In this document: positions 23,736 to 29,771 of the stretch, in pieces
How positions within the stretch are numbered: position 1 is the first letter of the stretch
Layout of the letters: each line of letters starts with the position of its first letter
IMG/VR virus record: IMGVR_UViG_3300022178_001566
Location: 1-29,771 of that record
DNA length: 29,771 bases
From: a virus
Taxonomy: Duplodnaviria; Caudoviricetes
Direction: 5' to 3' (one strand)
Translations under genes and position numbers: made by a program
The notes under the pieces: generated by a model
Seen by the model: the letters and a program-made list of their open reading frames with translations, nothing else
Told to the model about the DNA's origin: nothing
The model's database searches: none

Positions 23736-25489
23736 TGGCAAGAAATAATAACACAAAAGGAGGGGTTCACGTAATAAACCTATCTACTTACAATCGTCCA
23801 CAAATTTCAGAGGACAAAAAGAAAGATTGGGTAAATTACGGTCAAGATAATAACTATTATCAATACCTTATAGACCTTTACACAAACTCAACTACAAACA
23901 ACGCTATTATTAATGGTGTAAGTGGTATGATTTACGGAAAAGGATTAGATGCCTTAGATAGCAGCACAAAGACTGATGAGTACGCTGCATTGCGTTCTAT
24001 ATTCCACGATAAATGCTTAAAGAAAGTTGCGTTAGATTTAAAACTACTAGGCGAAGCATCATTTCAAGTATTATATAAAGATGGTAGAGTAGTAAGAGCG
24101 GAACACTTTCCACGTCAAACACTACGTGCCGAAAAATGTAATGAAGAAGGAGAAATTGAAGCATACTATTATTTCCACGATTGGGGAAAATTAAAACCTA
24201 CTGACAAGCCTAAAAGAATTGCATCCTTTGGATTTGGTAATGGTAAAGAACCTGAAATAGAAATTATAAAGAAATATGTTTCAGGATATGACTACTATTG
24301 TCCTGTGGATTATCAAGGTGGACTAGCATACGCTGAACTAGAGAATGAAGTATCTGATTATCTTATAAACGATGTACAAAACGGCTTTAGTGGAACTAAG
24401 GTAGTCAACTTTAATAACGGTGTGCCTGATAGAGAAAAGCAAATGCAAATCAAGAATGATGTAATGCATAAGCTAACTGGTTCACGTGGAGAAAAGGTAA
24501 TCATTGCTTTTAACAACAATGCCGAAAGCAAAACAACCGTAGATGATATTCCTTTAAACGATGCACCTGCACACTATGAATATTTAAGCAATGAATGTTC
24601 TAACAAGTTAATGGTTGCCCACCGTATTACTTCTCCTTTGCTTTTAGGTATTAGAACAGGGAACAATGGGCTAGGAAATAATGCTGACGAAATTAAAACA
24701 GCATCTTTGCTTTTTCAAAATGTTACTATTAAACCATACCAAGATTTAATCATTGATTCTATTGACCAAATACTATCGGTTAACGGTATTAGTTTAAAAC
24801 TGTATTTTAAGACCTCACAACCGCTTGAATTTATCGAAACGGATAATGCCATCACCGACGAGGCTAGAGAGGAAGAAACAGGCGTTAAATTGTCTAAGGA
24901 AGCGTCTTTTGATGATGACAAGATGTTTGAACTTCTTGACGAGTTTGGAGAGGAAGAAAACTTAGATGATTGGGATTTGGTAGATGAAAGACCGGTTGAC
25001 TATGACCAAGAAGAGGCGTTAGATAAAATGATTGGATTGGCGAGTACTGGTTCTGCAAGACCTAATGCAAAAAGCAACCAAGATGGCGAAGTTGACGGAA
25101 CTAACTTTAAAGTAAGATACCAATATGCACCTTTACAAGTTGGAGCAAATAGTCGAGAGTTTTGTATAAAAATGGTATCTGCTAAAAAGATATATCGCAA
25201 AGAAGATATTGAAAAGATGGATAGCGTTTCATTAAATTATGGATGGGCTAAAAAAGGCGAACAATCAAAAGGGTATTCTATTTGGTTTTATAAAGGCGGT
25301 GGTAATTGTCATCATTTTTGGATGAGAAAGACCTATATGGCAAAAGGTGTTAAACCTGATGCGAACAACCCTAAAGCGGAGGTATCTGTAAATAAGGCAA
25401 AGAAAGAAGGATTTAAACCTGAAACAAACGACCCGAAAGTGGCAAAACGTCCAAAAGATATGCCTAATAAAGGATTCGTAAATAAATAA
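23735..25489 (+). CDS. Portal protein with C-terminal Cys/His extension
   Basis: YG.DNNY, S.TNNAII, D.KL.G, NGFSG, AHR.TSP.LLGI, IKPYQ. Confidence 0.9.
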   Translation: MARNNNTKGGVHVINLSTYNRPQISEDKKKDWVNYGQDNNYYQYLIDLYTNSTTNNAIINGVSGMIYGKGLDALDSSTKTDEYAALRSIFHDKCLKKVALDLKLLGEASFQVLYKDGRVVRAEHFPRQTLRAEKCNEEGEIEAYYYFHDWGKLKPTDKPKRIASFGFGNGKEPEIEIIKKYVSGYDYYCPVDYQGGLAYAELENEVSDYLINDVQNGFSGTKVVNFNNGVPDREKQMQIKNDVMHKLTGSRGEKVIIAFNNNAESKTTVDDIPLNDAPAHYEYLSNECSNKLMVAHRITSPLLLGIRTGNNGLGNNADEIKTASLLFQNVTIKPYQDLIIDSIDQILSVNGISLKLYFKTSQPLEFIETDNAITDEAREEETGVKLSKEASFDDDKMFELLDEFGEEENLDDWDLVDERPVDYDQEEALDKMIGLASTGSARPNAKSNQDGEVDGTNFKVRYQYAPLQVGANSREFCIKMVSAKKIYRKEDIEKMDSVSLNYGWAKKGEQSKGYSIWFYKGGGNCHHFWMRKTYMAKGVKPDANNPKAEVSVNKAKKEGFKPETNDPKVAKRPKDMPNKGFVNK

Positions 25490-25492
25490 GAA

Positions 25493-25993
25493 ATGGCAGA
25501 AGCACTATTAATATCGAGAAAGGACGTAGTTAAGTTTACTGCGATGAATGGAAATGTAGACACAGACAAATTCATTCAATACATTAAAATAGCACAAGAT
25601 ATACATATCCAAAACTATTTAGGTACTGATTTATTTCAAGCAATACAAACTAAGATAATTGATGCTAGTTTAGAAGGTAATTATTTAACATTAGTTAATG
25701 ACTGGATAAAGCCTTGTTTAATTCATTGGGCGATGGTTGAGTATTTACCATTTGCTGCTTATTCTATTTCAAACAAAGGTGTATTTAAACACGGTAGCGA
25801 AAACGCAGAAAACGTATCAAAAGAAGAAGTTGATTTCTTAATGGAAAAGGAAAGAGATACGGCACAATATTACACCGATAGACTTATAAACCATTTAAGT
25901 TTTAATAACTCTACTTATCCTGAATACAATTCAAATAACAACGAGGATGTATATCCTGATAAAGATGCAAGTTTTGAAGGATGGGTGTTATAA
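25493..25993 (+). CDS. Putative head-tail adaptor
   Basis: Helical; AQD.HIQNYLGT.L, IKP.LI, YPEY; directly after portal. Confidence 0.65.
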   Translation: MAEALLISRKDVVKFTAMNGNVDTDKFIQYIKIAQDIHIQNYLGTDLFQAIQTKIIDASLEGNYLTLVNDWIKPCLIHWAMVEYLPFAAYSISNKGVFKHGSENAENVSKEEVDFLMEKERDTAQYYTDRLINHLSFNNSTYPEYNSNNNEDVYPDKDASFEGWVL

Positions 25994-26100
25994 AAAAGAA
26001 ATACAAACCAAAACAGGAGAACGTTAAGAAATTAACTCAATACCTGAATAAAACTAATAACAAAACAATAAAAAAAGTATTGTATAAATATGGCGAATAA
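25981..26100 (+). CDS. Small basic protein (39 aa)
   Basis: MGVIKKKYKPKQENVKKLTQYLNK...; fills the gap and overlaps both neighbours. Confidence 0.45.
   Translation: MGVIKKKYKPKQENVKKLTQYLNKTNNKTIKKVLYKYGE
26058..26084 (+). promoter_or_regulatory. Late motif copy 7
   Basis: TAACAA-N14-TATTGTA, 5 nt before ATG 26090. Confidence 0.8.
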
Positions 26101-26308
26101 CATTAACTGGGGTCAAATATATTGCTTTACAGAGTTTGGAGATGAGGATAACACCGTTGCCAAATCAATACCTAGTCTTTCATCGGCTGTATGTTTTTTA
26201 GCATCGATAGTGATTATAGGACAAATTGAAACTATAGCAATAACATCAGATGACGCTAGATATAGAGTAGACAATACAGAATTAACAGTAGATAAATCAT
26301 TAGTATAA
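26090..26308 (+). CDS. Small structural/adaptor protein
   Basis: MANNINWGQIYC...; C-terminal RVDNTELTVD. Confidence 0.75.
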   Translation: MANNINWGQIYCFTEFGDEDNTVAKSIPSLSSAVCFLASIVIIGQIETIAITSDDARYRVDNTELTVDKSLV

Positions 26309-26319
26309 AGTAAAATAAA

Positions 26320-27258
26320 ATGGCAACAGCAAATTTAAACGAACCTACTTCAGCATCGGATGGCAATATACCATACATTGGTGCAACAGCAGATGATGGA
26401 ACAGGGAACACGCTACGTGAAGCAATAGACAGAATTAACACAAGATTACGTGAAATATATGGAGCTCAAGATGGTTCTAACGTAGTACAGACACCTTTCG
26501 TTGATGCAGATAACATTAAAGATGGAGTTATTACAGAAGCAAAATTAGACATATCTAATGCAGCAGTAAATGGATATATATTGTCTTGGAATAATACAGC
26601 AGGACAGTTTGAGTGGAAACAGGAATTTGATGGAGATATTACATCTATTGTAGCAGGTGATGGATTGACAGGTTCATCGTTAGACACCGACGATGCTACA
26701 TTAAATGTTGGCGCAGGAACAGGTATTACAGTAAACGCTGACGATATACAAATTACAGATGGCGGTGTAGATACCACTCAATTAGCAGACAATGCCGTAA
26801 CAGCAGATAAATTAGCTGATTCTATCAATTCAGAAATAGCACTAAATTCAGCTAAATTAACAAACGCAACTCATACAGGGGATGTAACTGGCTCAACTGC
26901 TTTAACAATAGCAAATGATGTAGTTGATTACGATAAACTAGCAGGAGAATTTACTACCGCTAGTGCATTAATAGCAGCGACAGACTTAGATGTAGATTTT
27001 AGTACGGCAGCAGTATTTACCACTACTTCTTCTATTGCAATGGATTTAAACTTTACTAACGCAGAGATAGGGCAAGTAAAAACAATAGTTGTAACAGATT
27101 CAGGAGGTACTTCTTCTTTGACTTTCGACACAGCAACAAATACAGTTGTAAACCTCAACGGAACTTATTCAGCAACGGCAGGAGCGGTTAATTACATCCA
27201 AGCGCAATGCATCGCAGCGAATAGCTTTATATTAACAATTTCACAAGCAGCAGCATAA
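26320..27258 (+). CDS. Fibre protein with T4 gp9/gp10-like N-terminal motif
   Basis: IG...DDGTG.TLR.A..RIN....EIY; I.DG.VT..KL shaft repeats; AG.GL motifs. Confidence 0.8.
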   Translation: MATANLNEPTSASDGNIPYIGATADDGTGNTLREAIDRINTRLREIYGAQDGSNVVQTPFVDADNIKDGVITEAKLDISNAAVNGYILSWNNTAGQFEWKQEFDGDITSIVAGDGLTGSSLDTDDATLNVGAGTGITVNADDIQITDGGVDTTQLADNAVTADKLADSINSEIALNSAKLTNATHTGDVTGSTALTIANDVVDYDKLAGEFTTASALIAATDLDVDFSTAAVFTTTSSIAMDLNFTNAEIGQVKTIVVTDSGGTSSLTFDTATNTVVNLNGTYSATAGAVNYIQAQCIAANSFILTISQAAA

Positions 27259-27770
27259 TGAAAGCAAGAATAGAAGAAGGAAAGATTGTAAAGTACAATA
27301 CTATTCCAAACAGTTTTAAAGCAAGCGGAAAGTTAATCTTAGGAGGTGGTAAAAACCTATCTAACGAAAAGCTAGAAGAATACGGATTCTTTGACGTTAT
27401 CGTACCAGATTACGATTCTGTAACAGAAGTAATTCATAACCTACACTTTGATAACGCTTATCCTAGTCCTTCTCCCGAAGATTCAGACGCAACAAGAGAA
27501 GTATTTACCTACGATAAGAAAACAAAGGTAATTAGTGAAACAGTAGCCGAACTTAAAATAAGCCAAATTAAGGCACTTAAAAAGGTTGCCTATGATAAAC
27601 TATCTATAACAGACTGGTACGCCATTAGAAAGGCGGAAAACGGTACTGATATCCCTTCTGACGTAGTAACAGAGCGTGATGGAATAAGAACTAGCGTAGC
27701 AACAAAAGAAAGTGAGATTAACGCACTCACAACAAAAGCTTCTATATTGAAGTACGATATTAACTTCTAA
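27258..27770 (+). CDS. Tail fibre assembly/chaperone-like protein
   Basis: C-terminal LSITDWY.IRK.E....IP.....R..IR. Confidence 0.7.
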   Translation: MKARIEEGKIVKYNTIPNSFKASGKLILGGGKNLSNEKLEEYGFFDVIVPDYDSVTEVIHNLHFDNAYPSPSPEDSDATREVFTYDKKTKVISETVAELKISQIKALKKVAYDKLSITDWYAIRKAENGTDIPSDVVTERDGIRTSVATKESEINALTTKASILKYDINF

Positions 27771-27780
27771 AATCCCTTTT

Positions 27781-29771
27781 ATGGCGATTAACGAAAGACT
27801 TATAGATACTAAAGTAGAAGCAGCAGGAAACGGTGGAGCAGGAACAGGAAACCAAGAAGAAGGACTTATCCTGCACTTAGATGCTAACGATGTAGATAGC
27901 TACGATGGAGATGGTTCTGTATGGTACGATATAAAAGACCACGAATATACTCCTGAAACAAATGTAGACGAGCATTTTAATACTGTTACATATACTGGTT
28001 CTGCATCACCTCATATAGTTGATACGGTAGGCTTTCAACCAGATTTAATCTGGATAAAAAATAGAGATACTACAGATTCACACGCTATTGTTGACTCGGT
28101 AAGAGGTATTTCTTCATCAACAGGTTATTTAGCCTCTAACGAAACTACACAAGAACAATTTAGTACTAATATGCCCACGTCTGTTCAACCAGAAGGATTT
28201 ACCATAACAGGTAACGGTGGTAGAACTAACGCAATCGGAGAAGATTATGTTGCTTGGTGTTTTAAAGCAGGAGGTGCGCCAACAGCTACTAATACAGGAG
28301 GGCAAACGCCTACAAGCGGAAGTAAAATGGTAGATGGTACTGCTGTTACAGATAATTATCCAACAGCAAACATATATCCAACAAAACAAAGTGTTAACAC
28401 AAAATTAGGCTTTAGCGTAACAGAATATACGGGTGCAGGTAGTAACAATAGCTTACCTCACGGTTTAGATGTACCCCCACAAATGTATATAATTAAACGG
28501 ACAAGTATTGCTCAAGATTGGTGGGTATATACAACAGAAGGCGGAGATTTTCAATACCTTAGATTGAATGAAACTAGCGCAGGAATAGATGCAGACCAAT
28601 ATTACGCCAGACCAACAGGTTCAATAATATCGCAAGGAAATTCAGGTACGAATATAATGTATGCGTTCGCTTCTAAAAGAGGTGTATCTAAAGTAGGTAG
28701 TTATACAGGAACAGGAGCATCAGGTAATAAAGTTTATACAGGATTTGAACCTGCTTTTGTTATGGTAAAAAGTCTTTCTACTGGAAGTTGGATTATTTTA
28801 GACAATAAAAGGAATATAAGCGACCCAAGAGCAAAGATACTTCAAGCCGATTTAAGTGCAGCTGAAATTGATTTAAAATCAACTTTCAATCTTGATTGTA
28901 TGTTTTTCCATAAAGATGGTTTTTCGCTTCAAGACAGTAACTCAACAAGAAATGCTATCAACACTAAATACATCTACTACGCAGTAGCTAAAAACACTAA
29001 CGAAACAAGTTTAATACCCGATACAGATTTAGAACTACATTTAGATGCAGCTAGCTTCCCCGAAAAAAATGAAATAGGATATAACCCTACACCATCTACT
29101 TGGACTGATTCTAGTGGAAATGGTTATAATGGTACTATAAGTGGTGCTACTTTTGATAGTGAATTAGGAAACTGGTTAGATTTTGATGGTGTTAGTGATA
29201 AAGTTGATTTTACAGGAAGACCCATCACAGCTACGTCAAGTGTTACCATTGAAACTTGGGTAAAATTTGAAGCTGGTGGAGGCAATTATCCTTATGTAGC
29301 TATGATTGGTCAAGGAAATAATATTGCAGGTTCTACTTTATCAATTGCAAGGTTTTATCAAACAAATAATTTTTACAGTTATGTAGGCAATCAGACTGTC
29401 GATACAGGTATTAGTTTGAGCAACGATACGTGGTATCATTTAGTTGTAACGCAATCTGGAACATCTTTAAAGCAGTATATTAATGGGGAATTAGTTAAAA
29501 CATCAACAATTACTGCTAATAACTTTGCTGATAATTTTAGATTAGGTTATTTTTATGACACAGCTCAACAACAAGAAGCTAACTATTTAAGTGGCAAAAT
29601 AGGACAAACAAGAATATATTCGTCAGCCCTTACACAAGACCAAGTAAGACAAAACTATAACTTCACTAAGAATAACTATCCTAATGGCATCAACGCTTCT
29701 TTAACGAATGTAAGTTGGGCTGCGAATTACTTTGAAATAGACAGTTCAAGCGATGCAATAGAATTTGGTAA
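27781..29771 (+). CDS. 3'-truncated receptor-binding/adhesin protein with LamG (ConA-like) domains
   Basis: Open frame from ATG 27781 to window end, absent from track; LHLDA, W.D.SGNG, ETWVK, WYHLVVT, G.I...RIY..AL motifs and a YTG/GF.PD..WIK.R repeat domain. Confidence 0.9.
   Translation, partial: MAINERLIDTKVEAAGNGGAGTGNQEEGLILHLDANDVDSYDGDGSVWYDIKDHEYTPETNVDEHFNTVTYTGSASPHIVDTVGFQPDLIWIKNRDTTDSHAIVDSVRGISSSTGYLASNETTQEQFSTNMPTSVQPEGFTITGNGGRTNAIGEDYVAWCFKAGGAPTATNTGGQTPTSGSKMVDGTAVTDNYPTANIYPTKQSVNTKLGFSVTEYTGAGSNNSLPHGLDVPPQMYIIKRTSIAQDWWVYTTEGGDFQYLRLNETSAGIDADQYYARPTGSIISQGNSGTNIMYAFASKRGVSKVGSYTGTGASGNKVYTGFEPAFVMVKSLSTGSWIILDNKRNISDPRAKILQADLSAAEIDLKSTFNLDCMFFHKDGFSLQDSNSTRNAINTKYIYYAVAKNTNETSLIPDTDLELHLDAASFPEKNEIGYNPTPSTWTDSSGNGYNGTISGATFDSELGNWLDFDGVSDKVDFTGRPITATSSVTIETWVKFEAGGGNYPYVAMIGQGNNIAGSTLSIARFYQTNNFYSYVGNQTVDTGISLSNDTWYHLVVTQSGTSLKQYINGELVKTSTITANNFADNFRLGYFYDTAQQQEANYLSGKIGQTRIYSSALTQDQVRQNYNFTKNNYPNGINASLTNVSWAANYFEIDSSSDAIEFG

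Larger units (their letters stand above)
1..29771 (+). mobile_element. Tailed dsDNA bacteriophage genome segment, probable siphovirus of a Bacteroidota/Flavobacteria host
   Basis: Terminase, portal, capsid, tail, lysis and recombination genes, all on + with tight ATGA/TAATG coupling; no host housekeeping genes; Bacteroidota-type promoter motifs. Confidence 0.95.

Noticed and set aside
4322-28389. All minus-strand ORFs in the track
   Set aside because: Each lies antisense to a convincing + gene, has no recognisable motif, and no minus-strand promoter was seen.
1-29771. Stop-codon reassignment, tRNA genes, DGR, integrase/att site
   Set aside because: TAA, TAG and TGA all end genes at coupled junctions; no cloverleaf, reverse transcriptase, TR/VR pair or recombinase was recognised by eye.

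Overview
AT-rich, single-strand-coded (+) segment covering most of a tailed dsDNA phage genome, probably a siphovirus of a Bacteroidota/Flavobacteria host. The host call is inferred from TTTG-N18-21-TAnnTTTG promoters and A-rich starts without Shine-Dalgarno sites. Gene order: lysis (M15 peptidase, 3TM holin), NinG, ERF/SSB/SF4 helicase, ECF-like sigma factor, several nucleases, DnaA-C-terminal-domain protein, terminase, an early-type accessory island, tail genes, prohead protease/scaffold/capsid, tail tube, portal, adaptor, fibres. No integrase, polymerase, primase, tRNA or CRISPR array was recognised. Features the ORF track does not show: (1) a 7-copy tAACAa-N14-wATTGTA motif in front of virion operons, four copies exactly 5 nt from the ATG, a candidate phage-sigma late promoter giving leaderless mRNAs; (2) two promoter-to-terminator units without a credible ORF, plus a 3' UTR antisense to the shared leader of the early operons; (3) two overprinted spanin-like ORFs inside the endolysin and holin genes; (4) a -1 frameshift candidate with two slippery sites in a probable tail chaperone. 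All product calls come from motif recognition by eye; no searches were run.
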